64,000 nt of DNA from the human T2T-CHM13v2.0 reference genome, Homo sapiens: NCBI RefSeq assembly GCF_009914755.1, contig NC_060928.1; one strand, written 5' to 3'. Positions 12,522 through 32,481 of the stretch are shown here, in pieces. The notes under the pieces are model-generated. The model searched no databases. It was not told the origin of the DNA and worked only from the letters and a program-made list of their open reading frames with translations. A program made the position numbers and the translations under genes. The first letter of the stretch is position 1. Each line of letters opens with the position of its first letter.

Positions 12522-12880
12522 CTATGAGTCTGCTAGGGCTGCCATAACAAAGTACCATATACTGAGTGGCTTAAACAACAGAAATTTATTTCTCATAATT
12601 CTTGAACATGGGAAGTACAAAATGAAGGTGCTGGCAGAGTTGGTTTTTAGTATGGCCTCTTTCTTTGGCTTGCAGATGGCTGCCTTCTTACTGTATCCTC
12701 ACATGGCCTTTCCTCTGTATGTACACAGTCCTGGTGTCACTTCCTCTTCTCATAAGGACACCAGTATGGCCTCATTTCATTTTAATTACCCCCTTAAAGG
12801 CCCTATCTCCAACTATAGTTACAATGAGGATTAGGGCTTCAGCATATGAGTTTTCAGGGGGTACAATTCAGTCTATAATA
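12522..12880 (-). mobile_element. MLT1A/B-type MaLR solo LTR
   Basis: TGCTAGGGCTGCCATAACAAAGTACCA...GGCTTAAACAACAGAAATTTATT; ends ...ACAATTCAGTCTATAATA. Confidence 0.8.
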
Positions 12881-13324
12881 CCTGGTAAAAAAAAAAAGTC
12901 AACATCTTCTTCATAATAGTTTACTTAATAGCTTGAACTGTGACTTCCCAATCAACCATTTTGTCCTAGCCCATGAATACTGTGTATGTACATATATAAC
13001 ACACATTTACATGTTATAAAATATAAATATAATAAATAAACATAATAATATAAAATACATATTTTATTCCCTTGACTCTCAGTGATGTGAGTCATACTTT
13101 GGGAAATAATTCTTTTATTTGATGTTTTGATGTTGGTTTAGACTGGGAGAGATATGATATCTCACTTGGGGAATAATACATTTTTGTTTTTGATTTGCAT
13201 TACTTTGAGAGCACAATCACATTCATTAATAACTTGGCACCAAAGAAGGCTCTTGCACTGTCATAGCACTTAGGAAAATGTTATTTACATAAAAGATATA
13301 TTTTTTACAATAAAATATTATTAA

Positions 13325-13675
13325 GCATTAAAAAAAGAAGTTTTTATGCATACTAGGTCGATGAACCTTGAAGACACTATGCTAATTGAAATAAAGTGGA
13401 CAGAAAAGAACAAATTTCATGTGATTCTACTTATATAAAGTACCTAGAGTAGTCAAACTCATAGAGACAAAAAATAGAATGGCGGTTTCTAGGGGATGGG
13501 GGAAGGGGGAAATGGGGAGTTATTGTTTAATGGGTACAGAGTTTTAGTTTGGGAAGAGGAAAATTTATGGAGATGAATGATGGTGATAAACAATAATGTG
13601 AAGGTGGTTAATTTCACTGGATTTACAGTTTAAAATGGTTCAAATGATAAGTGTTATGCAAATTTTACTGCAATA
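13325..13675 (+). mobile_element. L1MB-type 3'UTR fragment
   Basis: ATGAACCTTGAAGACACTATGCTAA...TACCTAGAGTAGTCAAACTCATAGAGACA...GGGGAGTTATTGTTTAATGGGTACAGAG. Confidence 0.8.
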
Positions 13676-15000
13676 TAAGGATTCTCAAAGAAAATAGATA
13701 TTATACTATCCTTTTAAAATAAATCTGTCAGTGGAAAGAAGACATAAACATTGAAATGAAATCATTAAGTTAAACATGAGAATACATAAAAGTACAACTG
13801 ACCAATCTTTTTGTTGTTGTTTTCTTTGTTTTTCTTCAAAGATTTTTACTTCGGTTTTAATTACTTTTATTCTAAAGAGATTATGTTTTAAATGTCAATT
13901 CTTCCTTCTTCATTATTGATCAAGGTGAACTACTCCAATATATCCAAACTACTTTATTTATGTGTGTGTATATATGAGTTGGTGTGTATTATACAAATAT
14001 ACATAGAAATGAAGCCCATTTTAGATGAAAAGAAGTCTAATTTATTTTATCAACTACAGTTGATTAAAGGAAATATATTCAAATACAATCTGTATGGAAA
14101 TTTAATATAATATTAACAAAGACTCTAATAGTTCCCATTTCTTAATTGGTTGGATAAGAACGTAGGCCTACCTAAAATCATACAGCCAATATCCTAAAAC
14201 AACAAAACCTTTTAAAGTACTGTTTCATGTATTACATTTCCCCAAACAATAGCATCTGTATTATGTATCATGAGGAAATTGAAAAGTTAAATAATAGAAT
14301 AATGTGCTTAGCTTCACAGAATCTTCCTGAGATCTCCTGGGGAAATGTGCCCTTGTAATAGATAACCTCCCTCCCATGTTCCATATTCAGACAGGTCATC
14401 GATTTCCTAAAATTGGCTAGATTAAAGAAGCATGTTCTCTCATAATGATGAACAATGCTTTTATATTTGACTACTACAATATCATCAAGAAAAACTCAAT
14501 TGAATGTACTTATTATTTATTTTCCCACAGCAATGAAGTAGCAAAATGGACAACATACTAATGATAATCTATCTGGATTTGAGGAAAGCTTTTATTCTCT
14601 TAACAAAGCTGATCGATCTGAAAGGACAGCATGAGGGTAGAAGGAGAGATCTATTGAAATGAATGAGACATAGTCTCAAGTGTGGAGATAGACATTGTCA
14701 ATAAAAGGATTAAAAAATAGTCAATCAAACAATCCCCCTCCCCCAAAAATACAACCTGACAGATTAGATAGCAGAGGATATCCAATTATATACAGTTTTA
14801 GGTAGGATAACCTTTGCTAAGATTTGACTGTGAGAAACATTTTTCAACAAAGAAAAATAAAAATGTAATAAATAGTCAGATTAAGTTAAAACAATGCATT
14901 TAAGTTGTTACTTTCCCAATTGTTTCTGTAAGTAAGGAATTAGTTGGCTGAAATTTACATTGAAAATGGGTCTTGATACATTACACAACGCTTTAAAACT

Positions 15001-15463
15001 TGTGATGGTTAATTTTATGTATAAACTTGACTGGGCCACAGGATGCTGAGATTTTTTTTAATATTACTTCTGGATATGTCTTTCAGGGTGTTTCTAGAAA
15101 AGTTTAGCATTTGAATTAGTGGACTGAATAAAGCAGATGTCCAATATGGGTAGGCCTCATCCAACCCATCAAAGATCCAAACTGAACAAAAGTGCAGAAA
15201 AAGGTTTAATTCTTTTTGCCTGAATGCTGAGACATAGTTCTTCTCCTCTGGACTGTGATCTATACCATCAGCACTTCTGATTCTCAGGCTTGGAGTGGAA
15301 TGGAATTTATTCCACTAGCTCTCCTGGGTCTCCAGGTTGCAGCTATTGAGATTTCTTAGCTTCCATAATTGCATGAGCCAATTCCTTACAACAAATTTCA
15401 TTCTACATTTTCATATTCTACATTTACAAAGTTCTGTTTCTCTAGAAAACCCTAACTAATACT
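15001..15463 (+). mobile_element. MLT2 (MLT2C/D-like) ERVL solo LTR
   Basis: TGTGATGGTTAATTTTATGT...CTTGACTGGGCCACAGGATGC start, GTTCTGTTTCTCTAGAAAACCCTAACTAATAC end, 5-bp TSD AAACT (14996-15000, 15464-15468). Confidence 0.85.
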
Positions 15464-18049
15464 AAACTGGAATAATCAGAAAACCATCTTTAAAATGGCT
15501 AAAACATTAAGAAAACTTATTTTCTCACCTAAAGATCTCAGACATAATTTGATAAGCAATTCAATAATATTATCAAACACCACGATTATTTCCATCTTCC
15601 TAGTCTAGCATTCTTATTATCAGCCCATTCTTCCTAAGGCTTTAGAGTAAAAGCTCAAGGCAGCTAAAAGTATTTAAGCAATTCTGAATTGCATGTAGTT
15701 TGAATTATTTTATGCATAATGGAGCAATCATTTACTTTTTCACTTTTCACAGAGAAACTCAATTACTCCAGCTCTCCATTTTGTTCATTTATGTCCTCTC
15801 TATGTCTGCACTTATTCACCTATCATCTATCTATTCTTTCTTTTTTCCAACTTTTAATCAGCATTTACTTCTGTGATAGCCACTGTGCTGACCTGCTAAG
15901 CATTCCTTAACCTTCTGATTTTTCTTTATAATTCTACACTCTCACTTAGCTTTCCCCTTATGTAACTCTAATTCTTTGTACATTTCCTACATTGTGGAAT
16001 CATTTTTATAGGATTTTTTCCTATACCCAAATTAATTACGAATTACATTTTAAAATTGTATTCTTTTTCAAAGATATTCTGTATGTATACCAATGAAAAG
16101 GTCTTTCAAAATGGAGATATACAAAATTTCAGAGAATATAGACTCAGTATTATGGTGTTTCTTTTAATTATTTTTACTTAGATATACTATTGCTGGTCTT
16201 CTGGAGAAGTAAATTACATCATATCTGGAAATACTATAGAGTATTTCCAGACTTTTCGTGGTTTTCGGAAAGTATAGCTATTGGGACCTGACATAGCATA
16301 CAATATATTTATTATACATTATCTGTTCATTTATTAATTAATCTATTAACATTTGCTTCAAGGAAGAAAGGTAAGGATATCCCTGTAAATGTAGAGAATC
16401 TGGAATTAGCACTCACAACTTTCAGACATTTAGACACATGTTTCTGGGCCTAGTATTTCAGTGATTATTGTCAAGCCAGTAAAGCTGCTATTCAATCTTG
16501 TTGTGTCCTTATTTAATGCAAGGCTGATGTAGGAAGAGCTGCTATTAAATTTTAAAGCAGTGTATTAGGTAAAGGATCTATGAATCTCACTGAGGTCTGT
16601 CAAAATCGAGCAGCTAATAATCCTACAGGCAGCCTAGAAAACACAGTGCATGTGAGCCCAGGATGAAAAGTTTATCTTTATTACCCTTTTTAAAGTATCT
16701 CTCTATTTTATTGAATTGCACAAGTTAGATAACCCTGTGGCCACATGATCTATGCTTGGGATAGAGAAAAATAAGTAGAACTTGTCAGATTATTTATTGC
16801 TGTTGACAAAGCTAAACTTTCCAACAAGACATCACCTATTTTAGTGTAAAGAGCAAAGAAGTAAGAATCAAAATACCTGAGTTTTAAAAAACCTCTTCTT
16901 ACTAGCTTTGTAATTGTGGTATGCACGTTTGTTAGGTATTACTTGGTTGGAAGAAATAGAAATCTTGAGGGTAAACTCAGGTAAAAAGAGTGAAGATTGG
17001 TTATTTGAATAAACCAAATAGAGCCAAGTCTTCTAAACAATTGAAACTTTTCTTCCTCCTTAGACCTAAGCCCCATTACTCCAATTTCCTTCTCAGGTCT
17101 TGTGGGAACTCCAACACTAGGGTCACCCTTAGGATACATAAGATTCTCAGCAAAAGTTTGTTTGTAGGCCTCATATTCTTTACTGTCAAACACCTTGTTT
17201 CCAGATAATTTTACATTAATAAGAAAAGGTAGCAATGCTATGTTATTCCCAGCAGTATGGTTTTTTGGAACATGTTTGTAATGAAGCAATATAGATCTTC
17301 TTGCTTCTCAAGTGTTCTAATTTAACATATTTCATGCTGATTGCATCACTAATCCTGACCCAACTTTATTCTTCCTGCCTCCTGTGAATACTAGGTTTCA
17401 CTAACTCCTTCAGAAGCTGTTACTGAGCCTCATTGATGATGGTCACAAATGCAAGTCTTCCACAGACTATGTATAAATGTGAACAATGATATGTTAAGTT
17501 TACTGTTTGAAATTTTAAAGTGTAAAAACACAATAATGCATCTTCCAACCATGTTCCTATTGAAATGTTTAGATGTTTTTTGTATGTTTTGGAGGTTTAA
17601 GCTCTTATCCCAATATTTTGTTGCTTGAGGGAAGCATCTTGGTCTACTATAGACAACAATTGTTTGCATTTAAACTCATGTTTAATCTGTAGAATAAATA
17701 CAATAATAATTGTTATTAAGTGTTTAGTAGGCTCATTACTTTTCAAGAACTACTACTTCTAAGTCTTATGAGATAATCTATGAGATAGGCATTTATTTTT
17801 ATTAATAAAATGAGACAGAGATGCCTAAAGAAGAAAATCAATGTCATTGAAATCAAGTAACTTTAATGTATCTGATAATAATTTATCTGAAAATGATTTG
17901 GGGATAAAGTATATGATGTTGAAATTAAAAACAGTCTCACACTCCTATATCAAATACCAGATGTCAATATGTGTGATTAAGAATTTAGCATATTTCATCA
18001 CATTTGAAATGCTGTATTTAGTTGGAAAGATAAATGTAATATATGACAA

Positions 18050-18429
18050 TGTTATGGACTGAATTTTTCCTCCCTAAATTCATATGTTGAATCTCTAAAC
18101 TCTGATGTGTTTATCAGGAGGTAGAGGTAGTTAAAGGAGTATTTAAGATTAACCGAGGTCATAAGAGTGGGGCCCTACTTCGATAGGACTGGTGTCCACA
18201 TACGAGAAAGAGACACAGGAGTTTGAGCACAAAGAGAAAAGACCATGAGAGGACACACAGTGAGAAAGTAGCAGTCTGAAAACCGGGAAGTGATGCCTCA
18301 CCAGAAAACAAGCCTGTTGGCATCTTACTTTGGACTTCTAGTCTCCAGAATTGATAGAAAATAAATTTCTTTTGTTTAAGCCTCCCCGTATGTGATATTC
18401 TGTTATAGCAGCCTGAGTAGACTAATACA
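18050..18429 (+). mobile_element. MLT1A-like MaLR solo LTR
   Basis: TGTTATGGACTGAA...AAATTCATATGTTGAA start, TGTTATAGCAGCCTGAGTAGACTAATACA end. Confidence 0.8.
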
Positions 18430-19367
18430 ATTAACCAACCTTGCAATATTTCACATCTTTTGACATTATTAATAAAGGTTTTTAAAGACTCAATGAAAAT
18501 AAATTTAGTTTCAAATTTTAGTAAAATAATTCAAATTGTTAGCTCTTATTAATGAGTTTTATGCTCATAATTATGAACTATACCTTGCAAATAAGTACAG
18601 TATAAATTAAAATAATATTCTTATATTATTTTTAAAATTCTACCATGTCCAGGTAAAAGCATGTTTTCTCTAACTTTACATTATTGTTTTATAGTAATAA
18701 ATTTGAAATCATCAGAGAAAGCCCAGAGAAGGTAAGTGATTTGTTAAAGGCCAGGGTTATGTTCTACCAAATATGAGATTATAACCAGTCTACTTTAATC
18801 AGTTAGTATTCTCTTCCCATGCTTCTTAAATACTTTCCTTCTTACACAATGTATTTTATGAAAGAAATAAGAAACTGAGTTAAGTTTTATGTAGTATTGA
18901 AAAATGAGCAAAAATGATGGCTTCTAGGAGACTTTAATAAATAACAACCATATTTACTATTTGGGAATATCAATGCTGGTAATATTTTTATGTTACAATC
19001 TTTTGCATTATAGCATGCCATTTATCCACTCCCTTACTCCAAGGGATAGATTTTCTTTGTAAAATGATCAACTGCAAAATTACAGTAATTCTAGCAGACA
19101 AAATGAACAAACCCAGAAATTTTAGTGGCTTAATGCATCGACAATATATTTCTGATGAAACTACTGTGAGTTGGAGATAAGGCAGCCCTCCTCCAACATT
19201 TGAATCATGTGGTCTCCAAGATTAACACAGGAAAAAATAGATAGGATAGAGAAACAATGGCCCTTACCTTGGGCCACACATCATTTTTGCTCTCAGTTTA
19301 TTGACAAGAACTAGTCAAATTACTGCAATCTAACTATACAAGTGCCTATTAAGTATGGTAAGGAGGC

Positions 19368-19745
19368 TGCTATGGACAGAACTGTGCTCTTCCCAAATTC
19401 ATATGTTGAAGCCCTAATTCTCTATGTGGCTGTATTTAGAAATAGAACCTTAAAAAACAAGCTAGTTAGTTATGGTTAAATGCGGTTATAAGGGTAGGAC
19501 CCTGTATCATTATAGGAGACACCAGAGAGCTCACTCTCAACCCAAGTGTACAGAGAAGACAAATGAGTCCGTAGTCAAATGGCAATTGCTTTCAAGCAAA
19601 GAGAAGAGGCCCCAAAATGAAACCTAGCTTGCTACCATCTTGGTCCCAGACTTCCCACACTACTAAACTGTGAGAAATATATTTCTGTTGTTTAAGCAAC
19701 CCAGTCTGTGATATTTATTTATGGCAGCCTGAACAGACAAAGACA
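19368..19745 (+). mobile_element. MLT1A-like MaLR solo LTR, next to or within an older MLT1 remnant (~19060-19360)
   Basis: TGCTATGGACAGAACTGTG...CCCAAATTCATATGTTGAAGCCCTAA start, ATGGCAGCCTGAACAGACAAAGACA end. Confidence 0.75.
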
Positions 19746-19982
19746 GGGAAAGAAATAAATACTTGGTAAGTTGTCTCTCTCCTTATTTTGTTTTGTGATT
19801 ATTGTTATTGTTATTATTGTTTTAGTTTACAGTGTCCTCTATATTAGAAATCAGATATAAAGCAGATTATATTCTTTAATTAGAAATTTTCTCTGTCTAA
19901 AGTAAATCTATCATAGATAAGTACACTTCGTATTTAGAGAAATTTTGCAACATGTAGCTGTGATTTGGGGTCAGGATAGCCA

Positions 19983-20231
19983 GCACAGTTTATTAGTTAA
20001 AAGCATTGACTGCAATCAGTCCAACTATATTTGAATTCTAGTTCTAGCACCTTTTAGCTAAATTGCTTTGGAAAATCACCTTAGTTCCTGGTGCATCAGT
20101 TTTCTCATCTGTAACATATGGATTAGAATTCAAATAAGTCCCAGGGTTTTTATACAAGTTAAATGTGTTAATATTTGAAAAGTATGTAGAGTAATGCCTG
20201 GCACAAAATAAGTGCTATCTGTTAGTTACTA
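19983..20231 (+). mobile_element. MIR SINE, near full length
   Basis: TTTGAATTCTAGTTCTAGCAC, CAGTTTTCTCATCTGTAA core, AATGCCTGGCACAAAATAAGTGCT tail. Confidence 0.75.
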
Positions 20232-20954
20232 AGTAAAAATAAATAAATAATTGGCTTGTATGAGGAAATGAGACATGCAAACTACTGTTCTGAAGGTACA
20301 AAAGCAGCTTGGTTTTTGATATCAGAGTCCAATTAACTCAATTTTCAATTTTATTCTCAAACATTTACGACACCTTAGAGAACAGTGAAGTCTCATGATG
20401 TACTCTATATAAAAAGGTATTTGACAGCCAAATATATCTGAGAAATTCTGCATATAAAAGCTGTTGACAAAGAAGTCATTCAGGAGAGAAACTGTTTCTC
20501 TTCCAAATTTGTTCAGCCAAGAGCTTTTCAAACTTATTTGCACATGGATCCTTTCTGTAATACATTTGAACATACTAGGAAACCTAATGTTTTTGGAACA
20601 CACCCTGGGAAATGCTGTCATAGAAAAGTCCTAACATGTATTAAGAAACAATATAAAACATGACTCAGATAAATGGAACATCATGAAGTAGATAGAAAAT
20701 TACCAGAATCTGAAGCTACAATATACATTGTGATTGGAGTACATGAAAAAGTAGCAGGAAGACCTAACTGGAAGAATCTTTCTGTAGCTTATAAATTAAG
20801 CACATGGTCAAAAGTCAGAGTAAACATAAAGATGACTTGATATTGAGTTGCAAAGTTGGGTTATTGTATTTGAAACACTTATGCCTAAAGTGAGTATCAG
20901 CCTAGAAATGGAACTGAGGTCATACATCAAAGTTTCAAGGAATCACCCATTAGA

Positions 20955-21276
20955 GAATGGTCAAAAAACTTCCTTAAAGGGTCAGATAGTAAGTACCGCA
21001 AGCTTTGTGTTATATGGTTTTTATCTTACCTACCTGATGTTACCACTGTAGCAGTGAAAGCAGCCCTAGAAAATACCTAAACAAATGACCATAATTATGT
21101 TCAAATAAAACTATCTCTGATTACTGGAGTTTGAATTTCATATAAGTTTCAAACCATAAAGTGTTATTCCTCCTCTGATTTTTTCAAACAATTAAAAATG
21201 TAAAAATGATTCTTAGCTTACAGAGTGTACAAAAACAGACAGTAGGCAGGATTTAGCCTGTAGTTTGCTCAGCTGT
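20955..21276. mobile_element. MER58B hAT-Charlie DNA transposon
   Basis: TAAAGGGTCAGATAGTAA...GAAAGCAGCC...TTGAATTTCATATAA...TACAAAAACAG...GTAGTTTGC. Confidence 0.75.
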
Positions 21277-21317
21277 CTTTTAAGAAGAAAAAGTTCAAAT
21301 AATTGGGTAGTATACGT

Positions 21318-21620
21318 GTGGAGGGGAGAAGTGGAGATGGTGAATGGGTACAAAAATATAGTTAGAATGAGTAAAATCTAATATTTGATAGCACAAAAGG
21401 GTGACTATAGTCAGCAATAATTTATAGCACTTTAAAATAACTAAAATAGTATAATTAGAATGTTCATAACACAAAGAAATGGCAATGCTTGAAGTGACAG
21501 ATACCTCATTTGCCCTTGCTTATTGTTACTCATTGTATGCTTATATCAAAAGATCTCATGTACCCCATAAATATATATACCCACTATGTACACATAAAAA
21601 TTAATTTTTTAAAGAAGAAA
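21318..21620 (+). mobile_element. L1MA2/3-like 3' end fragment
   Basis: AATGGGTACAAAAATATAGTTAGAATGA...TTTGATAGCACAA...TCTCATGTACCCCATAAATATATATAC. Confidence 0.8.
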
Positions 21621-22654
21621 AACTTTAGTTATGAGAACATCTAATAAGTCTAATACAAGAAGCCAATTTTAATATTATTAGGCACTACTTTGGAGTGAAC
21701 AATGTAACTCATTTAAGACATATTGGCCTCAGAGCATAAGCATCTAATACGATTCAAACATTTTTAAGAGGACATAACCCTGTATTTGAAAACTGTATTC
21801 ATACACAAATGGGTAATGGTTAAATTAAAAATGAGGTTCTGAGGAAAATGAAGTAAATGAGATATTGTGTGGAAAGCACATACTAGTTCCTGTATATGTG
21901 AAGTTCAGTGTACAATGAAATTTTCAGAGTACAGCAGTGTAAATTGGAAGAAACTTATCCCCTAAGAAGATTTGTTTATGATATGAAAAGTACTCTATCA
22001 CTTGGGACTACCAAAGCACTCATTTGAAATATGCATGCTTACTGTGCATCTTAATGGGCTTAATTGAAGAGTTTAATAAATTTAAATCTTGTAGAAGTAA
22101 TTTAAAAAGTGATTGATAATGCTAATAATATGGTGAAGCAGTAAAAATCTAGAAGTAGATAATTCTATGGATATCTTGGGAGGTTGTAAGTACTTATGAC
22201 ACTGGTTATTGTCAGCTTAAAACAAAACATCTGGATGCAAAGTTAAGTATTCAGTCACTTATGCCAAAGTTTTCATGTTCAGGGCAAACAGCTGAAAGAT
22301 TCCATGCAATATTTATTTTTTATTTGAACTTGTAGTGCTAATAAGTTACACTACAATGAAGCCCCTATTATACAAATAAAAATGACTCAGATTTTCTAAA
22401 CTGCCTTTTGTGATATACACAATTAATTTCATCCTAAAAATGTAGTAGTTTATGTATTTAAAAATAACAATGATGAATATAGTAAAAGTAGCAATATTTA
22501 AAGCCTACATTGATTGACACGTTGTATTCTGCACTCTCTTGTTCTGGTTCTCCAACTCAGAACTCATATCTAGGCAGGCAAAGGGTGACAGTGAAAACTG
22601 AGCCATCATGTTTTGGGTAGCACTGAGAGAGCTATTTGATGGCTCAGTTTAAGA

Positions 22655-25600
22655 CCCAATGGGCCAATGAAGACATTAAAAGACAAGTTTAAAATTTTCT
22701 TGAGACAAAGGAAAATGGGAACACATCATATCAAAACCAATGGGATAGATCAAAATGAGTTCCAAGAGGATAATTTTTAGCAATAAAGGCCTACATCATC
22801 CACGAAGAAAGATCTCAAATAAACAACGTAACTTAGCACCTTAAGGAACCTAAACCAAAATGAATAGAAGAAAGAAAATAATAAAAATTAGAACAAAATA
22901 AATTAAATAGAGACTAAGCAAATACAAAAGATCAACATAAAAATAGATTTGTTTTTGAAAAAATAAACAATGTTGACACAGTTTTAGCAAAACTAGCTAA
23001 AAAAGAAAAATTTGAATACATAAAATCGGAGATAAAGAGGGGACATTACAACTGATACCACAGAAATACAAACGAACATAAGATACTATTATGAACAATT
23101 GTATGCCAAAAAACTGGGTGACCTAGAGAAAACAGATAAATTCCCGGACACATACAATCTAACAAAACTGAATGAGGAAGAAATAGAAAATCTGAACAGC
23201 TCAATAATGAGTAACAAGATTGAATCAGTCATAAAAATCTTCCCATCAAAGAAAAACCCAGGACCTGATGTCTTTACCGCTGAATTCTATCAAATATTTA
23301 AAGAAGAACTAACACCAATTCTACTGAAACTATTCTGAAAAATTGAAGAGAACAAAATACTTCCAAATTATGTCTATGAGGTCAGCATTACTCTGATATC
23401 AAAATCAGACAACAATACAACATAGAAAGAAAACAACAGGTCAATTCCCCTGATGAATAGAAATGCAAAATCCTCAGCAAAATACTGGCAAATGAAATTT
23501 CACAGAACATTAAAAAGATCATTCACTATGATCAAGGGGGATTCATACCAGGGATGCAAGAATGGTTCAACATAAACAAATCCATAAACTTGATACATCA
23601 CATTAAAAGAATGAAGTGCAAAAACTGTATGGTAATCTCAATAGATACAGAAAAAGCACTAGTAAAATTCACCTTTTATATTTTCATGATAAAAACTTTC
23701 AAGTTGGATGTAGGAGGAATGTACCTCAAACAATAAAGGCCATACATGACAAATGCACAGCTAATATCATACTGAACAAAGAAATGTTGAAAGCTGTTTC
23801 TTTAATATTTGGAATGAGACAAACATGTTCACTTGTGACACTTAATATTCAACATAATACTGGAAATCTTAGCCAAACCAATCAGGCAAAAGAAAAAAAA
23901 TTAAAAGCATCCAAAATTGGAAATGAAGTTAAATTGTCCCTGTTTGCAGATGACATGGCCTTATATAGAGAAAACCTAAAGACTTTAGTAAAAATGGTTA
24001 GAACTAATAAGTGAATTCAGTAAAGTTGCAAGATCCAAAATTAACACAAAAAATCTGTAGCACTTCTATATGCTAGTAGCAAAGTATCTGAAAAATAAAT
24101 AAGGGAAAAAATCCTATAGCTAATAAAATGTATTTAGGAATAAATTTAACAAAGGAAGTAAAAAAATCTCTGCACTGAAAACTATAAAACATTGATGAAA
24201 TAAATTGAAGATACAATAAATGAAAATATATATCATGGTCATGGGTGTGAAGAATTAAAATTATTAAAATGTCCATACTACCCAAAGTTATCTAGATATT
24301 CAAGCAATCCCTATTAAAATAGCAATGACATTTTTCACAGAAATAGGAAAAGCAATTCTAAAATTCATATGGAACCCTAAAAGACCCCAAATAGCCAAAG
24401 CAATCTTGAGTGAAAAGAACAAAGCTGGAAGCATAATGCTACCTGACTTTAAAATATGTTACAGATCTACGGTAACTAAATCAGGATGGTACTGGTATAA
24501 AAATAAATACATACTCCAATGCAAGAGTATAAAGAACACAAATAAATCCATATACTAAGAGACAGACAACTGATTGTTGACAAGGGTGACAAGAACTCAT
24601 GGAGAAAGGACAATTTCTTCAATAAATGGTGCTTGTAATCTCTATATTTATATGGAAAAGAATAAATCTAGACAAAATTGAACTTCAAATGGATTAAAGA
24701 CTTAAATGTAAGACTTCAGATAATACAACCACTAGAAAAAAACATAGGGAAAACAGTTTATGACATTGATCAGGACAAGATTTTTTTTGGGTAAGAACCC
24801 AAAAGCACAGACAATAGCAAAAATAAACAAATTATATACAAACTACAATCGTCTGCACAGCAAAGGAAACGATCAAGAGTGAAATGACAACCACAGAATG
24901 GAAGAAAATATTTGCAAACTGTGCATATGACAAGGGGCCTATTTCCAGAATATATAAGAAACTCCAACTGAATAGCAAAAAACTCAAATAATCTAATTAG
25001 GAAATGGGCAAAAGACCTGAATCAACATTTCTCAAAAGAAGACATACAAATGGCCAACAAGTATATGAAAAATGTTCAGCATCACTCACCAAGAAAAGGC
25101 AAATCAAAACCACAATGAGATATCACTTCACCACAATTATAATGACTATTTTTAAAAGACAAAAAAAAAATGAATGCTGGTGCAGATGTGGAGACAGAGG
25201 AACTCTTATAAACTGTTGATGGGCATGTAAATTAACATAGCTATTATGAAAAATAGTAAAAATCTTCTTCAAAAAATTAAAAATAGAATTTACATATGAT
25301 CCTGCAATCCCACTACTAGTTATATATCCCAACAAAATGAAATCAGTATGTCAAAGAGCTATCTGCACTCCCATGCTTATTGCAGTACAATTAATAGCCA
25401 AGATATAGAATCAAGCTAAGTGTCAATCAGTGGATGAATGGATAATACAATTGTTATACACACACACACACACACACACACTCACACACACAATGGAATA
25501 CTATTCAGCCACAAAGAGAAAAGAAATTCTGTCATTTGAGGCAACATAAATAAACCTTGAAGACATTGTATCAAGTGAAATGAGTCAGGCACAGAAAGAC

Positions 25601-25986
25601 AAATAACACATGATCTCACTCATATGTCTAATCTAAAAAAGCTGATCGCATAGAAGTAGAAAGTAGAATAATGAATACCAGAGCCTGAGGAGAGCAAGAG
25701 GAAGGAGGGAAAGGGAGAGATTGGTCAATGGGGTACAAAGTTACAGTTAGACAGAAGGAATGAATTCTAGTGTTTTATTGAAAAGTAGGGTGATTATGGT
25801 TAACAACGTGGTATCGTATATTTCAAAATAGCAAGAAGAAAGGATTTTAATATTTTCAGCATGAAGAAATCATAAATGCATTAGGTGATGGATATGTTAG
25901 ATAACCTGATTTGGTTTTTGCACAATGTATACATTTATCAAATCATTGCAAGCACTTCATAAATATGCACAATTATTGTATGTCAA
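22655..25986 (+). mobile_element. 5'-truncated L1MA (MA6-8-like) element: decayed ORF2 and 3'UTR; tail continues after 32150
   Basis: ORF2 remnants in the ORF track ([41 protein letters not shown]); L1MA-type 3'UTR; internal (CA)n at ~25457-25491. Confidence 0.88.
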
Positions 25987-32149
<6,163 letters not shown>

Positions 32150-32210
32150 TGTATGTCAACTTTTTTAGAAACTAAAATAAGAAAGATTACATAAAAAAGT
32201 AATTTTGTGT

Positions 32211-32481
32211 AAAAAGGATAATAGAATTATACAACAGTATTTGTGCGACTAGTTAACCTGCAATAAGGATAAAAGAATTATACAACAGTATTTATGTGAC
32301 TAGTTAACCTGCAAAAAGGATAAAAGAATTATACAACAGTATTTATGTGACTAGTTAACCTGCAAAAAGGATAAAAGAATTATACAACAGTATTTATGTG
32401 ACTAGTTAACCTGCAAAAAGGATAAAAGATTATACAACAGTATTTGTGTGACTAGTTAACAGTATTTTTGTGATTAGTAAC
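32211..32481. repeat. 51-bp minisatellite (VNTR), about 5 copies plus a partial
   Basis: Unit AAAAAGGATAAAAGAATTATACAACAGTATTTATGTGACTAGTTAACCTGC starting at 32211, 32262, 32313, 32364 and 32415. Confidence 0.95.

Noticed and set aside
16939-17289. 116-aa ORF (and the similar 111-aa ORF at 48779-49114) in non-repeat DNA
   Set aside because: No recognisable domain or splice context; length is compatible with chance.
32211-32481. CRISPR-like array
   Set aside because: Head-to-tail repeats with no unique spacers and no cas genes; human DNA.
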